Both the position numbers and the translations under genes were made by a program. A stretch of DNA of 63,933 nt, filler included, from Saprolegnia diclina VS20 (taxonomy: Eukaryota), in NCBI RefSeq assembly GCF_000281045.1. It is 5 parts of 2 records of this genome, joined end to end, with 100 filler letters (N's around TTAATTAATTAA, not from the genome) between each part and the next. Parts side by side here need not be neighbours in the genome. Positions count along the whole stretch, not along the records: positions 1 to 31,291 come from NW_008246095.1; 4 more parts are not named here. One strand, 5' to 3'. Shown here piece by piece: positions 1 to 13,397 of the stretch (its first letter is position 1; each line of letters opens with the position of its first letter). The notes under the pieces were generated by a model. It was not told the origin of the DNA. It did no database searches and was given only the letters and a program-made list of their open reading frames with translations.

Positions 1-1932
1 GTGACAGTACGTGGACGCCAAGAGAATCTCATTGGCGAGGTTGGCGACTGCGACGCGGGATGCTTTGCCTGGCAGCAGTCCCTTGATGGCCACCGCGTTG
101 CCTACAAGTCACTGTGACGCGTCAGTGCGATTCGTACAGCTCATACCATGGTAGGTGCCGCGCCACACTTGACCGTACGCGCCTTCGGCCACGTACTCGA
201 CGGACTGAAGCAACGTCGTATCCAGACGCAGCATCGAGAGATCCTATGCAGCAAATGATATTTTCACCACCGCAACCAACGACAAGATGGTTACGGCAGC
301 AAAGACGGTGTTATCCCATGGGTCGGAAGCGTCGTCAGTGGAAGTGAAGTCCTTGTAATGATCCTCTTTTGACCTAGTACACATGCAGTGAGAACCCTGG
401 AATTGGACAAGAGGCAGAGTCTAACCTCTTGTGACGTTGCTTGAAGNNNNNNNNNNNNNNNNNNNNNNNNNNNNNNNNNNNNNNNNNNNNNNNNNNNNNN
501 NNNNNNNNNNNNNNNNNNNNNNNNNNNNNNNNNNNNNNNNNNNNNNNNNNNNNNNNNNNNNNNNNNNNNNNNNNNNNNNNNNNNNNNNNNNNNNNNNNNN
601 NNNNNNNNNNNNNNNNNNNNNNNNNNNNNNNNNNNNNNNNNNNNNNNNNNNNNNNNNNNNNNNNNNNNNNNNNNNNNNNNNNNNNNNNNNNNNNNNNNNN
701 NNNNNNNNNNNNNNNNNNNNNNNNNGTGTTGGGCAGGCTGCAAGTGGGCGACGTATCGATGGTCTTCGCGAAATACGATTGTATGATCGTTCGGTCTCGA
801 AGCACATGATAGGTGGCGGGGTCGACCGTAAACGTGGTGATACTGGCACCGTAGAGGGACCTACCCAATACACGTTAGATGCACTCCTTGGAGACAGTAG
901 AGGTTGTGGTTGCGACTGACAGTGCCATGGCGTCTTTTCCGAGCGAAACATTGTACACCTTGGTGATGGGGTTTTCGACAAAGCTCCTGCCAACCGTGTC
1001 AAAAATTGGAGGAAACAGAACATGGAATTACATGTGCGTCATGGCGCGGAAGTCGAGGTCTTGAAGAGTCTCGATGTTGTTCCCCACCAACGATCTACAA
1101 TTTCAGTGCACTAATCGTGTGCAAAATACTTAGAAAAGGAGACTTTACAAGTAGGTGAGCTTGGGCATCCCCGTGAGGTTTGGCACAGAGCGCAATCCAG
1201 CACCATGGATCAATCTTGAAGTATATGGTGAGGTTCCCATGCGTTTTATTGGATAATGAATCACGTACAGCATTTGCAGCGAACGCGGCCAGACCACGCT
1301 CGAAACGTCCAAGGCAACTTTGTTGGACTCGATCGAACTACATTGCACGTCAGTTGGTACAATGAATAAGACTTTTTGTTGTACAAGCCGGTCACGTTTG
1401 TCGCGGACGAAAAGTTGCCGAGCGTCTTTACCGTCGCATTCGCAAATGTGCTATCGAGAAAGTCAGAAACACTAAAGTAAAACTCGTGTACATGGCCAGA
1501 TTCGGAACCTCGGCTGGCAGATCGGCCACGTGCTCGACGGAAATATCTATACGTCGACAATGCAATGGCTCCGTGAAGATTCGACACGTACTGGTAATCT
1601 CGAGGACCATTCCCAGGTTTCCCTCGTAATCGGAATTTTGAAAATCGCTCGAGTTGTACCTCTTGATGACCTACGATTCCGGTCGCCCTTGAGCCATACA
1701 ACGACGACAGAACACAGTACCGAGCAGTTGTTGTCGACGATGCAGTAGGATACGTCAGAAAATGGGGCGCAATCGGTCGTCGCTGTCGTCGCGTACTTGC
1801 TGAAGCGGCACGGCGTGCTCATCGCTTGTGCCCGGCATGTCATAGCCAGGAGCAACTACGGACGCTCTTTTTGCCCAACTTACTCTACACGCAGTGATTC
1901 ACCGGCAGGGCAAGGAGCGCGGGTCGAGGCAT
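1..1932 (-). CDS. LRR-containing receptor-like TKL protein kinase (multi-exon, crosses N gap, runs off window start)
   Basis: Manual minus-strand translation gives a spliced signal peptide MPRPALLALP|LLLAMTCRAQA, a Cys-rich segment (CIVDNNC) and LRR-like pieces (LRSVPNLTGMPKLTYL, NNIETLQDLDF, ENPITKVYNVSL). Below the gap is a kinase N-lobe: VAEGAYGQVWRGTYH|GNAVAIK...LANEI. Not recovered by the ORF track. Confidence 0.75.
447..725. other. assembly gap (N run)
   Basis: Run of N characters. Confidence 0.99.
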
Positions 1933-2444
1933 CCGACTTGCTGGCTCTTGCTGGCGAAATTGGCGACTGGCAGAAAATCTGAAAATGCACCGAGTGACAT
2001 GTCGCAACTCAAACCACTTTTCTCCAAAGGCTCTCAACTGACCGGCAACCAGCGCAGCCAGCTACCGTACAATTGTACAACTACATGTACCGAATGCGCG
2101 AAACCACAAAGTTAGAGCACACTTCTCAATGCTTCCAACTAACGTAGTCATCCCAATACGGCACTGAAAAAGAGCTGCCGGGTGCCATCAAGAAGCAAGA
2201 AAAGCGCGGATTTCTCACCACACTTTCTGAGAGACGTTGTCTGACCCAACAGATGTTGTCCCTGGTCCTGGGCAGTCACAACGGAGTGGGACTGGATTCG
2301 AATCCTAGTGTTTGCCTACCCCTAGGCTAACAACAGCATTCCTCAAGCGGTGTCTGGTCGCGTCATGCATTGTCCGCTTCTCATCAACACGGAAAGACGA
2401 GCCAAAAACAAAACATGTACTAGAGTAGACCGGTAACCGTTCGA

Positions 2445-5400
2445 CTAGGAGAGGTGGAAGCTGAGCTGCCCTTCGCGGATGCAGTACAGGAGCTTGGCGC
2501 GCAAAATGTCGATCGAGCTATAGTCGGGCAGCTTGAGGTAATTGGTGCACGTCGACGCCGACGGCAGCATCTCGTCGCTCGGAGACGACTCGTCCGGGCT
2601 CAGCTTGCGCACGACCGTCAGCGTCGGCGAGAGCTTCCCCAGCCCACCCAGCGGCAGGCGGTGCGACCCCGTGACAAAGCGCACAAAGAGCCGCTGGTCG
2701 TCGGGCGTCAGCTCCGTGAGCACTTGGACGAGCCAGCGGATGGCTCGGCTCTCACTGCCGTAGCCGTGGTCGCACACCATGTGCGCTTGGAGCTCGTCGG
2801 CGCCGCCGGGCCAGAGCTCGGTCGTCGGGTCCGAGAGCAGCGCGAGCCAGTCGTCGGCCGACAAGCAGTCGAGCGCGTCCAGTGGCACAAGACTGCCAAA
2901 GCCCGCGCGGAAGGCTGCGACTTGGTCGCGAATCGAAATTTCCAAAAGCATCTCGAGGCTGGCGCGCACAAACTCGGCCACAGTGTCGCGGGTCACTGGC
3001 TTGGCAGCGCCGCCTTCGCAGAGCTCCACGTCAGCGTTGCCCAAGAGCACAAAGCTCAAGCCCATCTCGTCAATCGCTGGGTCGTCGCGGTGTGCGTGCA
3101 GATAGTCCAGCGACGCGCCAATCGCAGGGTCCACTGCCCGGGCATGGTCCAGCGCCGCGTCCAAATCACTCACCAGCGACTTGCCGAGCAGCGCCTGCAC
3201 GAACGGTCGTGCCAGCGGAAGGTCGAGGAGGCGCTCGTCCAGCAGTGCCTACAAACACAATGCATCAGGATAGCTCACATCGTATCGAGATACCTGCGCT
3301 ACAAGCTTGCCCAGAAACGTAAACCACCCAAGGACGGTCGCTTTTGGCTCGTCACTGGACGGGAGCGGCGCCGGGTACAGGCCGTGCGGCGCATGCACCA
3401 TGACCACGTCCGTATTGAACGACGCGTCGATACCGAGGCCGTCGACTTGGGTGTCGAGCACTTCCGGCGTGGTGGGACTTAGCGCGATGAGGACATCAAC
3501 CGCCGACTTGTCCAGTTGGACGTTGATCTACAGACGTCCGCGACGTTGCACACCAGAAAGAATGCGACTTTGTTGTACCTGCTTGAGGGGCGTGCCTTCG
3601 CAGAGCGCCGACACGTGCTTGGTGACGGCGCGGTAGTCGCGCTCGTACATGCGGCGGCCTGACCGCGACACCATGCGGTCTCCATCGAGAACGACGATGC
3701 CAGAGTCGGTGCCCGGGAAGCTCACCGTGTGGCAATGGCTGCACTTGAGCATCGGGTGGCGGACGCTTGCCTTCTGCCGCGGGTACGCGCGCGCAAGGTA
3801 CGCCACTTCGTCGTTGCTCAGAATCCAAAACGAGAGCGTCATCTCTTTGGCCTCGCAGCTCGCAGTTTGGCATGCCAGTGACGGCGGCGCGTCGCAGCTC
3901 GCACAGACCCCATCGTTGCCCGTGCAGAGACACTTGCAGTTGGTGCAGTGCGGAAACGTCACGACCGCGCAGGACGGGCAGTGCAAGACGGCAATGCGGT
4001 GGTAGCCGCGCACGGGCATGGCGTGGGCGTTGGCCGCGAGCACCTTCTCGTCGATGCTGGCCTTGCGCTCGGTCATTGGGCCGTCGTGGCGCCAGAGGCG
4101 GAGGTGCTGCGCCTGGACTTCACGCGACACAAGAGAAAAGAACTCGGTCGTCGGGCCGAGTCCCGTGCCGACTTCCCCGAGGTACTCGATCTCGATGATC
4201 GCCTTCATGCCGCCGTACGCGTGCAGGAGTTTGCTGGCCGACGCGAGGAGCTTGGCGCGGGCAACGCGGACCTTGAGTCGTGGCAGCTTCGCGACCCGAG
4301 AGACGGCCGTCGCGAGCGCATTGTCCGGTGTCCCCGATGGCCGGCGCACCGCGTGCTTCCAAAGCGTCCGGCCGAGGTACTGCAGCGCGCGGGCGGGGCC
4401 AAAGCGCGTGCCGTAGAGGTAATGCAGCTTGGTTTCCCGCGGCAGCAGAAACGCATAGTTCTGGACGATGCGGCGGCAGCTGCGCGGAAGCAGCTCGAGC
4501 ACGACGAGCATCGGCTGCAGGAGACACGAGTCAATGTACGCGGCGACCGCCGGCTGCACCACGTCAACGGTCGGTGCCTCCTTACAAAGCACTGCGAGCA
4601 AGTCCAAGTAGGCCCAGAACGGCGTCGCCGTGTCTGTCTCGGCGATCGCATCATCGACGCCGACACTTGTTTCCGTCTCGGTCGCGGCGCGTGGGACGAA
4701 CGTGAGCACTTGGGGCGCTTGCCACAGCGCGCTAACGTCGACGGGCAATGTCTCCTGCGGCGCCGAGCGTACGAGCGCCTCGATGACCGTCCACTCGGAC
4801 GGCACGGGCATGCCACTGAGCAGCACTTGCATGCGCGAGGGTGGTCTGGGATCAAAGCCGGCGTCATCCGGCTCGTCGTTCGTTGTGTCGTCTTCGGCAC
4901 GGACCAAGTCGGCCTTCCCAAAGACCTTGTCGGCCACAAACTCTTCCAGCGTCTCGATGCGGGCAAGGGGCTCCACGAGCACGACCGCGTCGAGCGGTTT
5001 GGTCGACGACTCGGCGCGGAGACGCATCTTGAGGTGCTGGCCGAGCAGCTCGACCATCGAGAGCGTCGAGCCGAGGCCCATCAGCGTCGCATCGCCCGCC
5101 TCGAGGCTCTGGACCTCGACACCAATTGCATCGCGAAGCACTGACGCCAGAATGGGCCACTGCGTAAACGCTGCTGCAGAGGACGGTGCGTCCCGCAGGC
5201 GCGTCAGGAGTGACGGCACGAGGCCGCTCGATCGGAGCTCATACGGCGTCGGTGTCTCGGTGGCGAGGAGGGTCTGCAGGCTCTGCCACACCTCATCGGT
5301 ATGCTGCAGTTGGACAATGTGTCGGAGTGCCTCAAGGACAGCACTTGTAGTGGGCGCCGACGCAAACGACGTGGCGACGAGCGTTGCGTAGGCCGGGTTG

Positions 5401-6987
5401 GCGGCTAGGGCTTCGACGACACCGTCGCGGACAAAGGCCGGTGCATACACTGACGGCGCATGCGTCATGGCGAGCCCAATGAGCGCTTCGGCCAGCGCCA
5501 TCTCGGTCGGATCATTGCGCTGGACGCTGGCCGCGACAAAATGACAGAGAAGACGATCGTGCTTCAAGACACTGTGCGAAAGAAACGTCACGAGCACGTG
5601 GAGTTTCCCGAGGTACTTGGCGTCGTGGGTTGCGTCGTAGGACGCAAAGAGGGAAGGTACCACGGTCTCGACGAGGCCGGCGACAGCGTCTACGTAGGCC
5701 GACGAGGCATGCTCGGTCGGCAAGATCGCGCCAAGGAAGAAGAGCGCTTCGTCGACGACCTGCGACGACCCATGCGACGAGAGCACGGCAAAGAGCACCG
5801 AGCGCACGTCTGCGTTCGACACGAGGAAGGGCGACTCGCGCAGATGGCACAGCACGCCAAAGAGGTGCAGTAGCGTTGCGTACGTAGCGAGCGCCATGTT
5901 GTCGGGCCGGCGCGCTTGCGTATACGTGACGAGCTGCTCCAGGAGGTAGGCTTCGAGCGGCGTGTCGACGACGTGGTCGAGGATCGACGGCGTCGCACGC
6001 ACGCATGGGCTCTCGCAGAGTCTAATAGGATTGAACCACACAGTTGAAACCTTGAAATATTGAAGTAGACAACGCACCGCTGAAGCGCTTCGCAGCCCGA
6101 GCCGACGATCTGCGCGTCGTACGACTTGGTGAGATTCTGCAAAAGCGGGAGCGCGGCTTCCACTTGCGTCCAGGACGCCATGGGGACGGCCGTGCAGAGG
6201 AGGGCGGCGGTGCGGGCGGCGCCGCGCTGGACGTCGGTCGAGAAAAAATCGACAAACTGAAGCAGCGCGATGAGCGCATTCTCATCGAGGACGAGGGACC
6301 GGACGCCGTCGGCTGTCGACGACGCGATGCGCTCGAGCATGCGCAGCGCAATCTCGGCCACGTCCATGTACTCAATGTTGAGGAGCTTCTCGCAAAGACT
6401 CGCGACAACGTCCGACTGCAGCGTAAGGTCCAATACAGTCGGCGACGTGTACATGTCGAGAAGCGCCGCAAGCGCCCGCGAGGCGTGGAGCAGCACGTCA
6501 ATGGTCGCAGGCGATTGAATGAGGGTCGCAAGTACCGGGACGAAAGCCTGCAGATCAAAGCCCGCGATCGTCAACATCTCCTCTGTCGTCATCGAAAGCA
6601 TCTCGACGAGGTCCGCGAGGCTCGCCTACAGGCTCATGGCCGTAAGAAGCGAGGAAACCATGTATTTCTACCGTTTGGACATTGACGGGGCTGCCGGGCT
6701 TGATGCGCTCGAGCAAGTCGCGGTATTGCGGGTTCAGGTCAAAGATCTATACCACGTAAGGCGGCCATGAGCCCTCGCATGCCATGCCCACCGGCGACGA
6801 TCGTCGTACCGGTAGATCCGTGCCCAGTTGCCCCAGCAAGCCTTTCAGACAGGTGAGCCTTCTCGTCCTAGCATCATGGGGTACCTCGAAGCGCCTGCGG
6901 CAGGTCCGTCGTCTGCTGCGAGAGCGCGCGGAGCGTCCGAAGGAGCTCGTGCTCGGACATGCTGCTCTCGTCTTCGTTGTCGCTCAT
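2445..6987 (-). CDS. HECT-type E3 ubiquitin ligase, TRIP12/UPL3/Ufd4-like (N-terminal ARM repeats), multi-exon
   Basis: N-terminal LCEKLLNIEYMDVAE and LQFVDFFSTDVQR. HECT motifs EYLGEVGTGLGPTTEFF and FVRFVTGSHRLPLGG. Catalytic LPSASTCTNYLKLPDYSS and C-terminus GQLSFHLS. Confidence 0.93.
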
Positions 6988-7522
6988 GCTCTTGCTCTGT
7001 GCGTCGCCGCTTGCCCCGTTGTATCCGGATGACAAAAACGGGTGCTTCCCGTTGGCTAATTTCACACCACATTTCCATTTTCCAACCAAGACGATCCTCA
7101 TCCTGTGCACACCGTCTCTATGGTCCGTGCTGCGCGCTGCGGCTGCGTCAACATGAATGGGCGATGACGATGCCACCCATAAGGAAGTCACCCAAGAAGC
7201 ATCAGTGGGCGAACAAACGAACCGACCAGACCACGTCGACAATCGTCATCATCATCTTGGTGGTCCCATCCCCGCTGCCGAGGTCGAGCTGTCGAGGAGG
7301 ATTATCCACAACGACGGGTCTATGTGACGCCTAGTAATCCCGACAGCTGCTGGCCCTTGCTATCTGCAACGATGGCGTCTTGGGTGCAGGCGGGAGGAGC
7401 AGGATCGGCAGTGGATTTCTCGGGACATGAAGGGATGCAACACGCCTGGATTCATCGTTCCAAGCATCTCGAATCGACGGCGACGACGAGAACTAACAAG
7501 CTTTATAACCCCCTTAAACAAA

Positions 7523-8864
7523 TTACGCATGGAGCTTCTTCGTGAGGTTGGCGGCGATCGCGTCGAGGAACTCGAACGTGTTGAGCCAGTGCTTGCGCTC
7601 CATCTTGTCTTCATGGATAAGGAGCGCAAGATCCTTGGTCATCTGACCGGCCTCGACCGTCTCGACGACAGTCGCCTCGAGCTGCTCGCAGAACGTCTGG
7701 AGCTTGTCGTTCTTGTCGAGCTTGGCGCGGTGCATGAGGCCGCGCGTCCACGCAAAGATGGACGCGATCGAGTTGGTGCTCGTCTCGCCGCCCTTCTGGT
7801 GCACGCGGTAGTGGCGCGTGACCGTGCCATGGGCCGCCTCGGCTTCCATCGTCTTGCCATCCGGCGTGAGGAGCACCGACGTCATGAGACCGAGCGAGCC
7901 AAAGCCCTGCGCGAGAATGTCCGACTGGACATCGCCGTCATAGTTCTTGCACGCCCACACAAAGCCGCCCTTGGACTTGAGGCACTGCGCGACCATGTCG
8001 TCAATCAAGCGGTGCTCGTACCAGATGCCAGCCGCCTTGTATGCGGCAGCGTACTCCGTGTCGTACATCTCCTGGAAGACGTCCTTGAACATGCCGTCGT
8101 AGCGCTTCAAGATCGTGTTCTTCGTCGAGAGGTACAGCGGCATCTTGCGGCCGAGCGCATACTCCAAGCACGCGCGCGCAAAGCCCGTGATCGACTCCTT
8201 CGTGTTGTACATGCCCATGCCGACGCCGCCGGCCGCATCCGCAAACTGGTACACCGTGTACTCCTCCGTCTTGCCGTTCGAGTCTTCGGGCGTGAACGTG
8301 ATCTTGAACGTGCCCTTGCCCGGCGCGACAAAGTCGAGCGCCTTGTACTGGTCGCCAAACGCGTGGCGGCCAATGATGATCGAGTCCTTCCAGCCAGGCA
8401 CGAGCTTGGGGATGTTCTTGCAGAGAATCGGCTCACGGAAGACAGTGCCGCCGAGCTCGTTGCGGATCGTGCCGTTGGGCGACTTCCACATCTGCTTGAG
8501 GTTGAACTCCTCGACGCGCTGCTCGTCGGGCGTGATCGTCGCGCACTTGATGCCAACGTTGTGCTTCTGGATGGCGCGGGCAGCAGCGAGCGTGACCTCT
8601 ATTCGCTCATCACGATGAGCCATGTTCGGCGAGGCCATGCGGTCGTACCATCGTTGGTCTCATCACGGTACTCGACACCCAAGTCAAAGTACTCGGTCTT
8701 GAGGTCCAAGAACGGGAAGATGAGCTACATGTGCTGCTTAGCACCACACTCCTGCATCTACATGCGTCTACCTTGTCCTTGATGAGCTGCCAGATGATGC
8801 GCGTCATCTCATCGCCGTCGAGGTCGACGATCGGGTTCTCCACGTGAATCTTCTCAAAAGCCAT
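7523..8864 (-). CDS. IDH: NADP-dependent isocitrate dehydrogenase (2 introns, ~8599-8648 and ~8725-8771)
   Basis: [71 protein letters not shown]. Confidence 0.97.
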
Positions 8865-9500
8865 CTTTGCACGTCCAAGCAAAAACCAAAATGAGCAAAA
8901 ATGAAGAGAACATCCTTCGCAAAACAAATTCTCGTAGGTTTGTAATAACATCCGGATAATGATCGTCCGGATAACGCAGTCATATCAAGTCTGAGAGAAG
9001 CATGTGGTCGTGGCACCGGCATACTTCAACTTGATGCGGTTGCTGTGCGGCGCCCCGCTGCTTGTAGCTTGCTTTTTGTATGCGCGCCCCGCCCGCGCCT
9101 GTCTTCGCGAAATCGGCGGCCATTTCAAACCGTGCATGCAGTCCATCGACCGGCCTGTTGACGCCAGCCGCCTCGACCGTGTCCTTAGCCTTCTAGGCCA
9201 TATCCAATGTCGTCTTCAGCTCTGGTGCCTTGTACATGCACATGGTAGCGTGGCGAGATGCGGTCTCAAACTGATCCGGTGGAAGGGACGCGCCCGTTGC
9301 AGTGGCTACTCGGACCGGGCTAGGCACCGAAGCATGGTGAAGGGCAAGTGCAGTGTGAAAATCATGGTCCACGATCTTGCCACCCATTGGCGATTCTCAC
9401 GTGAAAATCGACAGCGGCGCGTCATCGCCTCTCCGGATACCGAGTGTATCCGGACTCGACGCTCAAAAAAGCAACCAATCATCGCCCTGTCGTCGACGTC

Positions 9501-11366
9501 ATGCGCAGCGTGGCGATGATGAGGACGGTCCGCCGCCGGTCCATGAGCAGCATGGCCGCGTGGAATCGCGCGGACGTGGAAGTCTCGATCGGCAGCGTTC
9601 GCACCGAGTGGCGCAATGGCGTCCGGCGGCTCGCGGCCTTTCCGGCGCTGCAACAAGTCGCGCTCGAGACCGCGGCCTTCTTCACGGACCCGCGTGACAT
9701 TGACTTTGGCTACCCGCGCACGTTTCGCACCAAGTACACGCTCGGCGCCCAGCTCGGCGAAGGCGCGTTTGGCACTGTGTACCAAGTAGCGCCTACGGAC
9801 GACGCCGTGACGCTCGACTTGGCGGTCAAGGTCATCCAAAAAGATCGGCTGGCGTCGCGCAAGGACTTTGTCGCGCTGCGCCAAGAAGCCCGCATCATGA
9901 TGCTGCTTGGCGGCACGCTCAACGTCGTCCACTACTTTGGCGCGTACGAAGACGACCGCGCGGTGTACCTCGTCATGGAGCACTGCGTCGGCGGCGAGGC
10001 GTATGCGCGCCTCACGACGACGACGCTCGCGACCGAAGACGACCGCGCCGCGTCCTACATGCTCAACGTCCTTCACGTCGTGTGGCAGTGCCACCTTCTC
10101 GACATTCTGCACGGCGATCTCAAGCTCGAGAACTTCCTTTTTGCCGACGACCAAGTGGACTCGCCGCTCAAGCTCACGGATTTCGGTGGCGCCGCGTTTG
10201 TCTTGCCGAATGCGGTCGTGTCGGGACTCCGAGGCACGCCCTTGTACACGGCACCTGAAGTGCTCCACGGCAAGTATGCGCTGCCGGCCGACATGTGGTG
10301 CGTCCTTGGATACATCGACCTGACGCGTCTCATGGTGGAAGCAGGAGCTGCGGCGTCATTTTGTATCGGCTCTTGAGCGGATCGTTTCCCTTTGAAGGCG
10401 CCCTCATCGACGAGCAGATTCTGCACGCGCCCATCGATGTCGAGTCGGGCGTCTGGGCAAACGTCTCGCCGGACGCAAAAGATCTGGTCCGACATTTCGA
10501 GCGATATTCTTGTTGTTGATGTTGGGATACGTAGGTGCGCAAGCTGCTCGAGCGAGATCCCCAAGCGCGATTGACCGCGCACGACGCGCTGCGCCACCCG
10601 TGGATGGCGCAAGCATTTAAGGAGCGCAAAGACGCGCGCAGGCAGGTCCCGCGGCACCTCGGCGGCACCATGATCCAGCGGCTACAGCTCTACCGCACCC
10701 TCAACGGCTTCCAGCAAGCTGGTACGTTTCTTCTTCCTTTGTGTGGTCTGAACGTGTATTACTAGTGTTTATCGAAATGACCAAGCGCGTGTCCAAAGCG
10801 AGCAAGGTCGAGCTCGCAGTGCTCTTCTCTGAGATCTGTGTCGACGGCGCGTCTTCGATTGGCGTCAAGGACCTCGCGCGCGGCTTCCAGAACGGCGGCT
10901 ACAAGTACAAACACCCTTCAAGCGTCATGAGCTCAGGTGGTGTAGGCTGACGTGGGGCGAGGTGAAGAGCTTCTTGAGTCGCATGGACATTGACGGCGAC
11001 GGCGTCATCTCGTTCGATGAGTTTTGCTGCGCGTTTCTCGACTGGCACGAGATCCAGCAAGATGCAGCCGAGTGGCCGATTCTCGTTCAAACAGTGTTCG
11101 CCACGTTTGACACAGATCGCGACGGCATGATCCGCGTCGCCGACCTCGTTCCGCACATGCCAGGTAAACTTGACACATTGATACATTGATAGTTATGGAA
11201 TCGACTAGTGCGCATGGTGCACACGTTTCTGAGCGACGTGCAGCGCTGCTTTGCGCACGCCGACTCGGACAAGGACGGCGCGATCAACTTGGTGGAGTTC
11301 GAGCGCATTCTTCTCATGCAAGACGAGGCGTGGACGGCCTTTGCGCCGCGGTACCTCTGGCACTAG
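9501..11366 (+). CDS. calcium-dependent protein kinase (kinase + EF-hand domain), multi-exon
   Basis: GEGAFG, AVK, HGDLKLEN, DFG and YTAPE kinase motifs, followed by EF-hand loops DIDGDGVISFDE, DTDRDGMIRVAD and DSDKDGAINLVE. Confidence 0.88.
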
Positions 11367-11503
11367 TCCACGTCGTGAGGCGGCAACGATCGTACTGATA
11401 GAGGCGATGTGGCCAAACATTTATCCGACTGTAGTATACTAGAATACATGTTTTACAATGAATTTCGAGTGGTGGTTAGGGGATTGCGACGGCAAGCAGA
11501 GAG

Positions 11504-12013
11504 CTACGCAAAAAGGGCTTTGACTAGGCTGTAAAAGAGCAGCTGCGGACAGACGAACAGCGCGATCGTCGAGAGCGGATAAATAGCAAAGGGAAAGCGC
11601 ACCAGCCAGAGCGTGGTGAGAGCGCCAACAACCCAGAGCATGCTGGCAGACAGCACGAGTACGCTGAGCTCGACGGCTTTGGGAGCAGCTACGTCCACAT
11701 GTCAGACGACAGGGTTCGCATCGTCGCGTACGTGGCGGTGACGGTGGTGCGCGCGGCCGGCGCACACGATGGTGCACAGACGTTGCTTCGCCATGCCAAA
11801 TCCTAGCATTTGTTTGCAAGCCATAAAGCTGGGGGTGCACGTACGGTGACCCCGGAAAGATGGGGCGGGGGCGGGGGGCGGCGGTATCGATCTAGTACCA
11901 CCCATAGCACATCTTTCATGTTGTCCCATCCCACGTACGTGTGTTGGGCTCGGAAGGTCCAAGAGCCTGTTGGCGAGATCCGGTGGGTCCACGCGCAGAG
12001 GTCCCGGGTCCAT
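11504..12013 (-). CDS. small Pro-rich protein with two C-terminal transmembrane segments (hypothetical, multi-exon)
   Basis: Hydrophobic terminal exon LSVLVLSASMLWVVGALTTLWLVRFPFAIYPLSTIALFVCPQLLFYSLVKALFA, with plausible GT-AG introns upstream. Start is uncertain. Confidence 0.4.
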
Positions 12014-12118
12014 GCCCCGTCCATCGCCGGCCTGAAACTGCATCCAAATATAACGGACGCGGCGGGTGCGACCACAGGAGGCTGCCACGTCATACAACAT
12101 TTCGGGGTGTTAGTTCAA

Positions 12119-13256
12119 CTACTCGTCTCCTGTCAAGTCGACAATCGACGGCTCGTCCGAGTCGGATACGAGAATGAGTTCGGCATGGGAGGTGTGCGAT
12201 GGCGCCGAAGCATCCAGGCTTGCAGCAGCACTTGTCGCGTCGGGCGGCTCTGGCTGGTTCTGGGGCGGCTCTGGCTGGCTCTGGGGCGGCTCTGGCCGGC
12301 TCTGCGACGATGCCGTCCTCACGCGGCGTTTCTTCTTCGCGGGTGGCAGCAGCAGTGTCGACGAGGACGCATGCAGGAGTAGAGTCGCCCAGTGCAGCTC
12401 GTTGTCGCAGTATGGGCAATACCCGTGCTTTTCGCTGTGCAGTTGGTCATCATCGTCGTCAGGAAAGCACTCGTGGGCGCAGTCAATGTGCGCGCGCATC
12501 GGGCAGTCAACGTGATAGCACATGAGTCGCGCGTCATTCTCGTGGAACGGGCCAATGCAAATGGAGCACCGCGCGTCATCATCGTCGCCGTCGTCATCAT
12601 TGCCCGGCGGCCCGTGTGGCAGTGTGTCGAGCGTCGCGACCTGCGTTACCATGCTCGGAGGCAACTCGCTTGGTGCAATCGACGCTGCTAGCGTTTGTAT
12701 CTCTACGTGATCTTGTCGCACCAATGCATGGGACTCGATGTGCTACCGGGCGTCGTGAAGGAGAGCGTGAGCGACAGCTCGTTCCATGGCGGCAGCGCCA
12801 AGATCAAGTACAGTTCAATGAGCTTGCGTCGTACGGAGCGCATACCGCCGTAGCGCTTGACGTGCCTGGCGCTGGCCATCGCGGTCTTGGTGAAGCGGCT
12901 GTTGTACGGGTGCTGCCACACGTACTCGACTGTACATTGGCGGCAGAGTGACCCATGACGATCAGAAATCGAAGGGTACGTACACTGCAGCGCTTGCACC
13001 TTGGATGCAAAGCCATAGACCACGATGAGCATGTCCCTGCGCGCTTGCTCGTATGATGACCAGCGATCGGCTTGAGCACCACGTACCATGGACGGTACTT
13101 GGCCGTCTTCTTCGCGCCCTGGACGATCTCGCCGTTGTGCTGGCGCAGGCGCCGCTTGGGCGTCATCGTAAAGCCGACGTACGTGTGCTTCATGTGCAGC
13201 GACCGCTTGCCTGTCTGCGTGGGCGTCTGCGGCGTGAGGAGGTAGCACGCAAACAT
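12119..13256 (-). CDS. SLX1: SLX1-like GIY-YIG structure-specific endonuclease with C-terminal RING/PHD-type Zn finger
   Basis: FACYLL...TYVGFTMTPKRRLRQHNGEIVQGAKKT...RPW, then spliced FEYVWQHP. C-terminal CSIC...CYHVDC...HIDC...GYCPYC. Confidence 0.9.
12246..12304. repeat. 21-bp coding minisatellite (~2.8 copies) encoding PEPPQ(S/N)Q in the SLX1 tail
   Basis: ggctctggctggttctggggc / ggctctggctggctctggggc / ggctctggccggctctg. Confidence 0.85.
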
Positions 13257-13397
13257 CAATGCTTTTCCGACTCTGGCACAACACTGCCATTGGCTGAAAT
13301 CCCGTGGTATTTCAAACAGAGTTCTTTGGATCGCAAATACACTGTTTTACACAGAAACGATGCAGCATCTCGTGTTGAGGGTCTCGAGTCTAAGGCA

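Noticed and set aside
2265..2320. tRNA-like T-loop/B-box (ggattcgaatcc)
   Set aside because: No convincing cloverleaf, acceptor stem or A-box could be built. At most a degenerate SINE-like remnant.
7427..8782. Long antisense ORFs opposite real genes (also 2454-3482, 20629-21690, 31649-33064, 40398-41987, 46168-47604, 56330-57589)
   Set aside because: Shadow ORFs caused by high GC3 codon bias on the coding strand. They have no recognisable motifs.
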